54,293 bases of DNA, taken from positions 1 through 54,293 of IMG/VR virus record IMGVR_UViG_3300009164_000100, one strand, 5' to 3'. This document shows positions 16,945-25,806 of this stretch, piece by piece (position 1 is the stretch's first letter; every line of letters starts with the position of its first letter). A program made the position numbers and the translations under genes. This DNA comes from a virus (taxonomy: Duplodnaviria > Caudoviricetes). The notes beneath the pieces were generated by a model that saw nothing but the letters and a program-made list of their open reading frames with translations, searched no databases and was not told where the DNA came from.

Positions 16945-17585
16945 GCCGAAGGCGCAACCGATTGCGCGGCTTGGAAGGCAAAGACCTTCGCAGCCTCCAC
17001 ATCGGACGGGAAGTGAAGCCCCAAGTCCATGCGTGACTGTCCGACCCGCTCCGCGATACGCTCCAACCGACCCGCGTGCGCGGGATACCTAGTGCCTAGC
17101 ACATAGGCTAGCAGGTAGGCTTGGAAGGCATGACCGCTCGGATACGCAGGTGTGTCTGCCGTCTTTGTGTCGTAGGGCTTGAAGTCCATGCCATACATAA
17201 AGGCAAGCCTGCCCGGTCGCGGCCTGCCGTACTGAAACTTCAACGTGAGCAGGAGCGGAACAGCCTCATGCACCAATGCGTCTAGGTAGCCCGGCCGAAC
17301 CTCAAGGCCGTTCACTTCCGCGTAGTCGATAAATGGTGCCGCTACATCCTTGTCTACCTTGTAGGCAAAGTCCAAGTCGCGGCTCTTATCCTTCTGCAAC
17401 TTGATCAGATACTTCAACTCGTTCTGCGCTTCCAAACTGTCGTTCGGCGGAAACGGGATCACCGGGAACTGCGAAGCCGAGATAGGGATAAGGCGGCTCT
17501 CCACCGCCATTTTATCGCGTTCCTCAGGCAGCGGAACAGCCATGCCAATCCCCGACAAGAACCGGATTGCGTCTACCGTGTTCAT
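16941..17585 (-). CDS. PAP2 / vanadium haloperoxidase-like acid phosphatase
   Basis: All three PAP2 motifs: KxxxxRPRP (KFQYGRPRP), PSGH (AYPSGH), SRxxxxxHxxxD (SRMDLGLHFPSD). Confidence 0.9.
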   Translation of the reverse strand: MNTVDAIRFLSGIGMAVPLPEERDKMAVESRLIPISASQFPVIPFPPNDSLEAQNELKYLIKLQKDKSRDLDFAYKVDKDVAAPFIDYAEVNGLEVRPGYLDALVHEAVPLLLTLKFQYGRPRPGRLAFMYGMDFKPYDTKTADTPAYPSGHAFQAYLLAYVLGTRYPAHAGRLERIAERVGQSRMDLGLHFPSDVEAAKVFAFQAAQSVAPSA

Positions 17586-18373
17586 ACCGCCCCCTCGCCT
17601 CTAGGCTTGTAGGATAGCACCACTTTGTAGATGTTGTTCTGTTCGTCGCGCTGCTTCAAGTCTCGCGCTTCAATCTCGACCTCTTGGCCTCTGAACAGAA
17701 CTTGCAAATCTTCAAGGTTCAGACGCACCGTGAGCGTTACGTCGTTCGTTGAGAAGATGTTTGCCACAGCCCGGCCACGACCACGGACAGGCTTCGCCTT
17801 GTTCGCTCGGCCAATAGATGGTGCAGCGGCTTCGCCCAAAATCGGATAGCCCTCGTCCTCAAACGGAGTGACCTGTTCCTCTTTCGCAAGCACGCGCTTC
17901 ACCCACGCAGCCGCAGGATCGCCGCCCCATAGCAGCCATGCAACATACCCCGGACTAGGCTCGCTGTCGTCGCCAAACCCTTCACCCTTCTTATCGACCT
18001 CATGCCGAGAGAAGTAGGCCGCCATGCGCTTCACCGACGAGAGCGATACCTTACCCCCGTCTGCAAGTTGGACGGCACGGGAAACGCCAATGTCGGTGCC
18101 TCCAAGAGATTCGGTTGCACCAATCTTGCCTGCCTTCTGCAAAGCCTCGCGCTTCTTCCGAAGTTCAAGCCCCTTCTTTGCCGCAGCCGCAATCTGCTTG
18201 GGAACCGGGTAGCCCCCGCGCCCGGACGAAACTTCGTCAGACGATGCGCCCGAAGGGGTCTTTCCGAGAGGCTTCAACCCACGCTTCATCAAAGCGTCCG
18301 TGGACACCTGAATCGTGGGCGAAACGCTGTCTCCGGCTTCCACAAGCATCCTACCGAGCCGCGAGAACTTCAT
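17582..18373 (-). CDS. Phage protein with GGT...RAxQLA...VKRMxxYFSRH...AWLLWGGD domain
   Basis: Motif string recalled from phage head-associated hypothetical proteins; function unknown. Confidence 0.7.
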   Translation of the reverse strand: MKFSRLGRMLVEAGDSVSPTIQVSTDALMKRGLKPLGKTPSGASSDEVSSGRGGYPVPKQIAAAAKKGLELRKKREALQKAGKIGATESLGGTDIGVSRAVQLADGGKVSLSSVKRMAAYFSRHEVDKKGEGFGDDSEPSPGYVAWLLWGGDPAAAWVKRVLAKEEQVTPFEDEGYPILGEAAAPSIGRANKAKPVRGRGRAVANIFSTNDVTLTVRLNLEDLQVLFRGQEVEIEARDLKQRDEQNNIYKVVLSYKPRGEGAV

Positions 18374-18384
18374 GGTGTTTCAGC

Positions 18385-18684
18385 CTACTCCTTTACCAAC
18401 TTGTAGCCCTTGGGCATGATTGCTTTGTCAAGGTTCAGGGCTTGGGAAAAGTCTGCCTTCGTCAAATCTGCGTCCGTAAAGTCGGAACGCTCAAGGTAGG
18501 CACCCTCAAAGTTTGCGTTCATCAACTTTGTGCGCCTAAAGGTTGCGCCTGTCATGTTTGCACCGTCCATAGCCGCACTCATCAACTCTGCGTGACCAAA
18601 GTCTGAACCCTTCAGTTTCATCTTCTTGAACTCTGAATACTCGCTTTTGCCTTCAGCAGTCTCGATCAAACGCTTCATACTCAT
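18385..18684 (-). CDS. Pentapeptide repeat protein
   Basis: Tandem A(D/N)(L/F/M)xx repeats: SDFGH AELMS AAMDG ANMTG ATFRR TKLMN ANFEG AYLER SDFTD ADLTK ADFSQ. Confidence 0.92.
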   Translation of the reverse strand: MSMKRLIETAEGKSEYSEFKKMKLKGSDFGHAELMSAAMDGANMTGATFRRTKLMNANFEGAYLERSDFTDADLTKADFSQALNLDKAIMPKGYKLVKE

Positions 18685-18687
18685 GGT

Positions 18688-18894
18688 CTAGCCTTCCTTC
18701 TTGGGAGCGAATGACTTCCGCTCCAAGTTACCTGTCAACAACGCGGAGATCCCACCGAACAGCGCAAGCCAATCAGTCTCTACAAGCGGTTCGCCACCGA
18801 GCAACTTTGAGATTGGCCCGGCGCAGATGCCAAGAACAGCACCAATAAGCAAGGGCGCGTTGGCGAGGATGTCCTTCGATACCGAAACCTTCAT
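18688..18894 (-). CDS. Small two-TM membrane protein (holin-like)
   Basis: GGAGG RBS; two hydrophobic segments; basic C-terminus. Confidence 0.5.
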   Translation of the reverse strand: MKVSVSKDILANAPLLIGAVLGICAGPISKLLGGEPLVETDWLALFGGISALLTGNLERKSFAPKKEG

Positions 18895-19012
18895 AGTAGC
18901 CTCCGTAGAAACGCTTTCGCGCACGCTACCACACGCTCGGACAAGCCGCAAGCAAGGTTGTCACACCTCGCTGTCACAGCCTGTCACAGCCCCGCGCAAT
19001 CGGGTTGCGCGA

Positions 19013-19573
19013 CTATCGGCCCTTGCCGAAGTCGGGATCCAACTTGCGGAAGGCAAGCACATCTTCAACATGGCCCTGTGCAACCGAAACCGCTTCCTTC
19101 AAGCCGTCGAGCAGATCATACTTCTTGTTGAACAGCACGTGCGGGTCGTTGCTCGGCAAGTTGTTCGATGCGTCCGGGCCGATTGACTGCAACTCAAAGT
19201 CCTTGATCTTGCCCGTCTTGCGGTCAGCGTAGACATAGATCTCAGCCGAAAGACCGTTGCTAGCCTCTGCGTCCAAAGTGGCCTGCCAATCTTCATGTTT
19301 GTTGCCACTGATAAATACTTCGTGGCGCTTGTCTTGCTTCAGCCCGGCAGCGTCGAAACGCTTGCCCAACTCGGCAGCGAAGGCACGCGCCGCAGCAACA
19401 TCAGTAGGAAGCGCCGGATAGTCACCATCATAGGTATCCAACTCGGCAGTAATTTCGCCAAGCCCTCGACCTGCGGAAACTTGCAGATGCGCAATACCCG
19501 AATCCCGCCCCTTCAAGGCTACAAAACCCGATGATTCCGTGGCTTCACTCAATCTACGCATAAACTCACTCAT
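19013..19573 (-). CDS. Hypothetical protein
   Basis: AGGAGG RBS; promoter TTGACA-N16-TAAAGT at 19602-19629. Confidence 0.75.
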   Translation of the reverse strand: MSEFMRRLSEATESSGFVALKGRDSGIAHLQVSAGRGLGEITAELDTYDGDYPALPTDVAAARAFAAELGKRFDAAGLKQDKRHEVFISGNKHEDWQATLDAEASNGLSAEIYVYADRKTGKIKDFELQSIGPDASNNLPSNDPHVLFNKKYDLLDGLKEAVSVAQGHVEDVLAFRKLDPDFGKGR

Positions 19574-19625
19574 TCTTGCCTCCTAGTTGTTAGGCAAAGA
19601 TACTTTACACACGATCTTTCCGCTG

Positions 19626-19973
19626 TCAAGGCGAGCTTGTGCGATAGCGCGGTCTAGGATCAGGTGCAGAATCGTCGTACTGTTTGTTCTCAAGGTACTT
19701 TGTTCGGTCCTCAAGGTCAGTCACCCGGCGGTCGAGCAGGTCGATCTCACGACGATACATCGTGCTGATACGCTCCTGATCTTCAATCCGCCGCAGCGCA
19801 TCGTCAAGCGTCTTGCCAATCGCCTGCACATCTTCGCGCAGGCTGTTGTTCGTCACAAGCCCTGCACCATTGCCGCCCATGATCAGGACGACAATTAGGT
19901 ACAGAAGCGGATTCTGCTTGGCCCAAAAGTTCATGTTATCGTCCGCCTTTTGCTCGTTGTTTGGTTCAATCAT
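19626..19973 (-). CDS. Membrane-anchored coiled-coil protein (possible lysis accessory)
   Basis: LLYLIVVLIMGG TM segment followed by heptad repeats. Confidence 0.6.
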   Translation of the reverse strand: MIEPNNEQKADDNMNFWAKQNPLLYLIVVLIMGGNGAGLVTNNSLREDVQAIGKTLDDALRRIEDQERISTMYRREIDLLDRRVTDLEDRTKYLENKQYDDSAPDPRPRYRTSSP

Positions 19974-19982
19974 GGTGCAACC

Positions 19983-20576
19983 TCAAACAGCCAACAGCGG
20001 ATCAAGCGAGAACTCTTCGTAGTAGGACGGACTGACCTCTAACTCTGCTATCGACACATCAGCGGAGTTTGCGTCCAAGTCGCCGCCGAGCGAATAGCGC
20101 GTAGGGATGCAATCGTAAAGAAGATAAGCCTTCCCGAACGCCTTGATCACCTCAACATACCCCAATCCAACCGGGGCCGGATCACGCGCATACCCCGCAT
20201 CAACATCGAGTGCTGCGCTCGACAAATGCAGCACCATAAGATTGCGGTGCGGCTTGTCCGTTCCGTTCATAGCGTTTGTGATCCATTGGTAGAACGAACT
20301 GTCATACCGAGAAACACCCCGCCGCAGCGTCACCGAACTAACTTCGTAGCCCGTTACATAGGTCGTCGCAATTGATTCGTTGATCGGGGAAACAGTAGCC
20401 GTGGTAGCGGTCAACTCCGGCAGAGATACCCCGGCAAAACCGCCCACCAAACCACCCGAAAGGCCCGCACCCACAAAAGGGTTCAGAACCACAAACGGAG
20501 GCTTTATGCTTGCCCCAAACTCAAAGACCCAAAAGTTGTGGCTTTGCAAAAAGTCGTCGTATCGAACCCTAGCCAT
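19983..20576 (-). CDS. Tail tube-like protein 2 (gp19 family)
   Basis: DFLQSHNF, VTLRRGV, FYQWI, LYDCIPTRY, LDANSADVSIAELEV; paralog of the adjacent tube. Confidence 0.85.
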   Translation of the reverse strand: MARVRYDDFLQSHNFWVFEFGASIKPPFVVLNPFVGAGLSGGLVGGFAGVSLPELTATTATVSPINESIATTYVTGYEVSSVTLRRGVSRYDSSFYQWITNAMNGTDKPHRNLMVLHLSSAALDVDAGYARDPAPVGLGYVEVIKAFGKAYLLYDCIPTRYSLGGDLDANSADVSIAELEVSPSYYEEFSLDPLLAV

Positions 20577-20599
20577 TGGCTACCTCTTGGTGCCTACGG

Positions 20600-21184
20600 T
20601 TACGCGCCCGCTTCGACTTCCTTGACCTCGAACCACTCCAAGGCAAAGTCGCACTCGCCCATCGCCACTTCCGACGAAGTAGCATCCAAGTCTGCGCCCG
20701 GCTTCGCGCGGGTAGGCAAGCACTCATGGCAGAGATAGGTTCGCGCACACCGAGCAGGAATCTTGGCGTTCTCGCCAACATCGTACTGCGGGTCTGCGGC
20801 TCCTTCCGGGAGGACCATGTTGTTTCGCGTGAACTGACTGATCAAAATGTCAGCGCGGTATTCTGCACCACTAATGGCACGAATGATCCAATCATAGAAC
20901 ACTGTGTCCTTGACGACCACGCCGCGCATCAAAGACACGTCAGAAACCGTGGGAACGCCCGCGAACTTCTTGGTGTATTTGTAGGTTCCCTCACGGTACT
21001 CAACTGCGTCCATAGACACATCGGGGAGCGAACAAGACTGAAAGCCCGCCTTGCTATCAACACCCGTGTTGCTCTCGCCCGTTCGGTCATAGTTGATCGG
21101 ATTCCAACCCTGCCCGGCAGTAGCAACAGTCTCAACGTGGAATCGGAAGTTCTGAAGGAAGTCAGTCGCCTGCGCTCTAGCCAT
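20600..21184 (-). CDS. Tail tube protein (gp19 family)
   Basis: DFLQNFRFHVE, GFQSCS, VEYREG, VSLMRGV, FYDWI, LDATSSEVAM. Confidence 0.92.
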   Translation of the reverse strand: MARAQATDFLQNFRFHVETVATAGQGWNPINYDRTGESNTGVDSKAGFQSCSLPDVSMDAVEYREGTYKYTKKFAGVPTVSDVSLMRGVVVKDTVFYDWIIRAISGAEYRADILISQFTRNNMVLPEGAADPQYDVGENAKIPARCARTYLCHECLPTRAKPGADLDATSSEVAMGECDFALEWFEVKEVEAGA

Positions 21185-21193
21185 GATGCACCT

Positions 21194-21691
21194 CTACGAG
21201 AAGATATTTTGGAGTGTTCGGTAGCCCCAACCGCCGCCAACAAAGAACATGATGCGTGCGTCTGCTGTCAACGCACCATTTGTCTCAAACACAAGGCTGT
21301 GGCTAGGAGGAACGAAGATACCGCTGTTTGGAGCGTAAACGAAACTTTCGGGGGATACCAAGGCTTGCCCTTGCACATCGATCAGCGTGTTGTTGTCAAA
21401 CAGCGTGAAGTCGAAAGTTGCAGGAGTGGCGGCAGGCCACAACGCGCTGCGGATAGACAGCCTAAAGTCGGTCGTGCCTTCACCCTTGAACATAATCTGC
21501 GAAATGTAAGTGCCTGTGTCAGCAGTAGCCGTCAATAGACCACCCTGCGTACCTTGCCCGTAGAAGTTCACCCGGCCACCCCAATAGGGAGCACCCTGCG
21601 TAATGGTGCCAAGAACGCCGTCCGTGGCGACACCTGTAAAAGTGTTGCCCGTTGTGACTTCTTGGATAACTATTTCGGGAATGTACGCCAT
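21194..21691 (-). CDS. Hypothetical virion protein
   Basis: TAATG-coupled to the sheath gene; beta-rich. Confidence 0.65.
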   Translation of the reverse strand: MAYIPEIVIQEVTTGNTFTGVATDGVLGTITQGAPYWGGRVNFYGQGTQGGLLTATADTGTYISQIMFKGEGTTDFRLSIRSALWPAATPATFDFTLFDNNTLIDVQGQALVSPESFVYAPNSGIFVPPSHSLVFETNGALTADARIMFFVGGGWGYRTLQNIFS

Positions 21692-24291
21692 TAGCCCGCA
21701 ATCGCCTTCTGTTGGAAGCGGAATACCACAAACTCGGCCGGGCGGGTCGGAGCAACACCAATGTCGCAAGTGAGGATGCCCTGCGCAACCTGCGCGGGAG
21801 GATTGTTGCTCCCGTCACAGATAACGAAGAACGACTGTGCAGGGGTGTTGCCCGTGAAGTAACCCGCGCTGTAAAGGCCGAGAAGGAAGGTTTCGACCGC
21901 AAGCCGAACTCGGACCTGCAACGCCGACCCGTTGTTCTCAAACACGAACTGCTGCGTGTTGTTGAACACCGACTTCTCAAGGAACATAAACAGACGGCGC
22001 ATCTGAATGTATGGGAACTCGCCGCCAATCTGAAGCGTCCGTGCGCCCCAAACGACCCGGCCCGTGGTCGGGAACTGCACCAAGTTGTTTACGCCGACTT
22101 GGTTCGTCACGCCTGCCTGATCGGGAGTCATGTAGAACTCCAAACCCGTCGAGAAGTTGAGCGTGCCACGGGTCGTTCCCGCAGGTGCCGTCGAAACATT
22201 CGCCGTAGCGTCCGTCCGAGCATACACGCCCAAGATGTGACCGCCCGGAGGCTGCAACACCTCCGTCTCCGAAACGGGGTCGATGATGCGAATGTGCGGG
22301 TAGTAGAGGGCCGCACGCGACGAGTTTTTGGCAAGCGTCAGTTGCTTGTAGTTGACCGCCTGTGCATTCGTCAGACCGCTCGGAACCGACAAGATACAGA
22401 AGCGATCCTTGCGCGTCTCGCAGTAGTCCACAAGATCCTGCGACACCAAGTAGTCCGTCTCGAAGTCGGGGATACAGATGTTGAGGATGCTCTCAACGGT
22501 GTTGAGCGAGTAGAGGCCGCTGTTGCTTGCCGCCAAAGCCGGGGCAGACACCACCGAGCGCGTCAACGCAGAGCCGTCCGAACCACCCGAAAGCGTGACA
22601 GAGGCCGAAGTCGCAGCGGCAGGGTTGTAGTAGGTTACAGTCTGCACGCCCGCGCCCGAAGGCCCACGCGCAGGGTTGTCCAAGAACTTCCAAGTCAACG
22701 ACAGCGAACCAACCGAAGTGGGCGATCCGTAGTCAATGGTGTTAGAAGCAGACGGGTCGAGAACAATGTCAACCGCCGTTCCCGTTCCAAGATCGGTGAT
22801 GTTGCCTTCACCATCGTCGGCAATCAGAACCGTTCCGATAGCGTAGTTGATCGGCTCCAAGTTAGAAGCCGTCTGAAGCGTAACCGTTGCAGGGTCGAAC
22901 TCGGGATCGGGATTGCCGCCGCCTGCTACAAGCGTGATGGTAGCCACAAGGTTTCCACCCACAATCGAAATGCCCGATGAAGCACTCACAACGTTACCCG
23001 CAACGAGCGTTCCTGAAACCGTGAAAGTGTCGGACGACGAAACATAGGTGAAGGTCTGATCGGTAAACGCGACAGAACCGGCAACATTGCCGCTTGCTTT
23101 CGCAACCAAGATCGTTCCGTTCAAGTCGGTTTGTGCCGTCGTAAGCGTAACGGTGCCGCGACCCGCTGCAATGTCCTGCGCAATCGTCTGATAGGCAGCC
23201 GGGAGCGTGTAGGTCAGCACCAAGTTTGCGCCGCTCACCGCAAAGGTCTGCCCGACGACAGGCGTAGCGGCAATCGTGTTCTCCAACGCGAAGGAACCCG
23301 TCAGCGAGAACGGGGCCACATCATTCGCAAGCGCGTAGGTGAACGAACGAACCGTGCCGTTGTAGGCAGGAGCCGAGGTCACAGCCGCAGCCGTCACAGG
23401 CACGCCGTTGAAGGTCGATACGCCCTCGTTGTTGCCCTCAGCGGTCACAGACACATACTGCGACCCGGTAACTTCGTCGTTCAACACAGTCGCAATGAAC
23501 GAAGTGCTGCTTGGATCCGTGAACGAGATAGCGTCAAAGGTTTCAAGCACGGAGTTGGAGTTCGCCGTGTCCACAATCTGCACCACATAGCGGGTGTAGG
23601 TCGCGGTGTTCACCGTGTAGTAGTTGGGGTCGCCCGAAATGGCCACCACATAGTCGTCGCCACGCGCACCCTCCCACTTCACGTCGAACGAGAAGGTCTT
23701 GTAGTCATAGGCAGCGGTAAAGACTGCCGCAGATAGCGTCGAACCCGCAGGGCCGCTGATCGTGATCTCGCCCGAAGCGTAGTCAATGGTGCCGCTCAAG
23801 CCGACAACCGCGCTAGTCAGAACGCCCGAACCGTTGTCGGTCAGCGTTCCGTTGGCCGCGGTACCGCTCGTAATCACAATCGAGACAGTCGAAGGCGCAA
23901 CCGGGGTCTTGTCCGTGCCGTTCGCACCCGTGAAGGCGGCGAAGGTCGCGGTCAGCGTGCCTGCATCAGCCGTCAAAGCCTCGCCCGTCTTGGGGAGCGC
24001 AATGTAGCCTGCCGCAGCCGTAGCATCGGTAGGCGTAACGCGCACCACTACAAGGTTCTGCCCGCCGTTCTGAAAGAAGGCGTAGGCCGAGGTCGTCATG
24101 CGCGAAAGCGAAGTGAACGAACCGAATCTGCCAACATAGTCCGTGAACGAGGTCACAGCCGTAGGCGTGTTGGTCGGCCCCTGCAAGGAGCCGCCAATCA
24201 TAGAGCCAATAGACGGAGAAACGCCGTTGATGCCAACGGCATTGCTAGGCACTTCCTCGATGTAAACGCCGGGATAAGTGTAGGTCGGCAT
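21691..24291 (-). CDS. Contractile tail sheath protein (gp18 / FI family) with large insertions
   Basis: YPGVYIEEV, AFFQNGG, AALYYPHI, PPGGHILGVYARTD, VWGARTL, YIQMRRLF, PTRPAEFVVFRFQQ. Confidence 0.96.
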   Translation of the reverse strand: MPTYTYPGVYIEEVPSNAVGINGVSPSIGSMIGGSLQGPTNTPTAVTSFTDYVGRFGSFTSLSRMTTSAYAFFQNGGQNLVVVRVTPTDATAAAGYIALPKTGEALTADAGTLTATFAAFTGANGTDKTPVAPSTVSIVITSGTAANGTLTDNGSGVLTSAVVGLSGTIDYASGEITISGPAGSTLSAAVFTAAYDYKTFSFDVKWEGARGDDYVVAISGDPNYYTVNTATYTRYVVQIVDTANSNSVLETFDAISFTDPSSTSFIATVLNDEVTGSQYVSVTAEGNNEGVSTFNGVPVTAAAVTSAPAYNGTVRSFTYALANDVAPFSLTGSFALENTIAATPVVGQTFAVSGANLVLTYTLPAAYQTIAQDIAAGRGTVTLTTAQTDLNGTILVAKASGNVAGSVAFTDQTFTYVSSSDTFTVSGTLVAGNVVSASSGISIVGGNLVATITLVAGGGNPDPEFDPATVTLQTASNLEPINYAIGTVLIADDGEGNITDLGTGTAVDIVLDPSASNTIDYGSPTSVGSLSLTWKFLDNPARGPSGAGVQTVTYYNPAAATSASVTLSGGSDGSALTRSVVSAPALAASNSGLYSLNTVESILNICIPDFETDYLVSQDLVDYCETRKDRFCILSVPSGLTNAQAVNYKQLTLAKNSSRAALYYPHIRIIDPVSETEVLQPPGGHILGVYARTDATANVSTAPAGTTRGTLNFSTGLEFYMTPDQAGVTNQVGVNNLVQFPTTGRVVWGARTLQIGGEFPYIQMRRLFMFLEKSVFNNTQQFVFENNGSALQVRVRLAVETFLLGLYSAGYFTGNTPAQSFFVICDGSNNPPAQVAQGILTCDIGVAPTRPAEFVVFRFQQKAIAG

Positions 24292-24311
24292 CGTCAACTC
24301 CTATCAAAAGT

Positions 24312-24800
24312 TTAGTCGGTTTCAGTCTTGGCAAAGCCACGCCGCTTGCGCAGAGGTGCAACCACAGATTCATCGGAAGCCGCTTCAACTTCAACAGGTT
24401 CGTCAGCAGGAGCATCAACCACAGGCTCACTAGGAGCATCTTCCGCAACAACCGAGGCTGCTACGGGTTCGTCAAGCACAGCATCGGCAGACTTGGGAAG
24501 CGGCGCATCTGCTACCACCTTCGCCTTCGTCGTCAATGCCGCCTTGCCCTCTACGAAAGAATCAGAGAACAAATGGGGCTTCTCAACCGCGACCTGCGCA
24601 ATCGGTTGCGCGGGAACGAGGTCAACCCCATCCTTGGGCGCACCCGTGCGGCGCAGCACCTTGCCAAGCCGCTTGAAAGACGCGCTGTTCTCGATGCTCG
24701 AATCAACAAAGATCGTGGAGTATGGGCGGGCTGCGACAACCTCGCCCTTCCCAATCGGGATCGAGAGAATGGTGCTTCCGGTGTAGTAATACCAAGCCAT
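24312..24800 (-). CDS. Hypothetical protein with Ala/Glu/Pro-rich tail
   Basis: TGATG coupling; located upstream of the sheath gene. Confidence 0.7.
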   Translation of the reverse strand: MAWYYYTGSTILSIPIGKGEVVAARPYSTIFVDSSIENSASFKRLGKVLRRTGAPKDGVDLVPAQPIAQVAVEKPHLFSDSFVEGKAALTTKAKVVADAPLPKSADAVLDEPVAASVVAEDAPSEPVVDAPADEPVEVEAASDESVVAPLRKRRGFAKTETD

Positions 24801-25549
24801 CAACAATCCTTGTGCCTTGCCGCGATCTCGGCGTTGATCCGAACATTCGTCTCAATCGTGCTAACCTGTATGCCAATGTTGGGCAAGGTTGTCACGATCT
24901 TATCTTCAGTTGTCTGCGCTTCCAAGTCTAACTCTCCGCGAATGCTAAACGAGATCGTCCAAGAGATCGTCCGGTCGGCTATGTCTGCCAATTCTGAACC
25001 GTCCGATACCGACACCTCGCCCGCATCGTAAAGACGCTTATCGCCTAAACTATCAAAAACTGCAACAGAGAAAAAAGGTGGCCTACAAACTTTCAGAACG
25101 CTCATCAACAACGGGATGCCCGTGTTCTGCGTCCGGGCATAGACCTGTATGTCGTAGGAAATGTCGAACGGGGTCGGCAATGGTGCAGACACATACTTGT
25201 TGTAGCCTGTAAGAACCTTGCCCCCGGATTGGATCATCACCTTCTTGGCATCAGGCGCGACTGTTCGCTGATAACCGTAGTAGGGAGACCGCTCGAAAGC
25301 AGGTGTCAGATCGTTACGGCGCACCACAACGCACGGCAACCGAAACTGCTGAAACACATCTTCGGGAATCGTGAAGAACACAGGCACATACGGGGCGTAG
25401 TACGGCACATCGGTCGTCAATGACGGAACCGAGAGAGCATACGCCTTCCGGGTGTCGCTATCGATCTGAATGTCGATCAACTGCGAGCCGAGCGTGAGTA
25501 TCATACCCCGGTCAAAGTCCTTTAGACCGACCGTGCCAATCGCGCCCAT
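24800..25549 (-). CDS. Tail terminator / sheath-cap-like protein (gp15/Pvc16-like)
   Basis: LPCVVVRRND, PTPFDISYDIQVYAR pattern; position between neck and sheath. Confidence 0.6.
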   Translation of the reverse strand: MGAIGTVGLKDFDRGMILTLGSQLIDIQIDSDTRKAYALSVPSLTTDVPYYAPYVPVFFTIPEDVFQQFRLPCVVVRRNDLTPAFERSPYYGYQRTVAPDAKKVMIQSGGKVLTGYNKYVSAPLPTPFDISYDIQVYARTQNTGIPLLMSVLKVCRPPFFSVAVFDSLGDKRLYDAGEVSVSDGSELADIADRTISWTISFSIRGELDLEAQTTEDKIVTTLPNIGIQVSTIETNVRINAEIAARHKDC

Positions 25550-25570
25550 AGCCGCACCAAAGAAGCGAGG

Positions 25571-25774
25571 TTAGTCGTCCTCTTCCTCGTCATCCATCTC
25601 TTCCTCGTCGTCCATCTCACCGCAGTCGCCTTCGCACTCGGCATCGCCGCAACCGCAGTCCTCTTCGCCGTCCATCTCGTCCATCTCCTCTTCCTCGCTC
25701 TCCAAGACGGAAAGTTTGTGGAGCAACTGAACTTCAATGTCGGCAAGGGTAAGGTTCAACTTCTGAATGTCCAT
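25571..25774 (-). CDS. Very acidic small protein with Cys cluster
   Basis: GAGG RBS; D/E-rich tail containing CGC...C...C. Confidence 0.6.
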   Translation of the reverse strand: MDIQKLNLTLADIEVQLLHKLSVLESEEEEMDEMDGEEDCGCGDAECEGDCGEMDDEEEMDDEEEDD

Positions 25775-25806
25775 GACTAACCTCTCCATAGGAAGATGTG
25801 CCTGAC

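Noticed and set aside
18958-18990. Canonical Pho box
   Set aside because: Periods are 10 and 13 rather than 11, and the orientation is opposite to the downstream genes; kept only as a low-interest repeat.
20576-23736. Long plus-strand ORFs (320, 422, 201 aa); similar ones at 28573, 32213, 35184 and 45940
   Set aside because: They mirror well-supported minus-strand genes and have Arg/Val/His-rich shadow composition.
19983-25549. Bacterial eCIS or tailocin locus
   Set aside because: Terminase, portal, protease and capsid genes are contiguous with it, so this is a phage.
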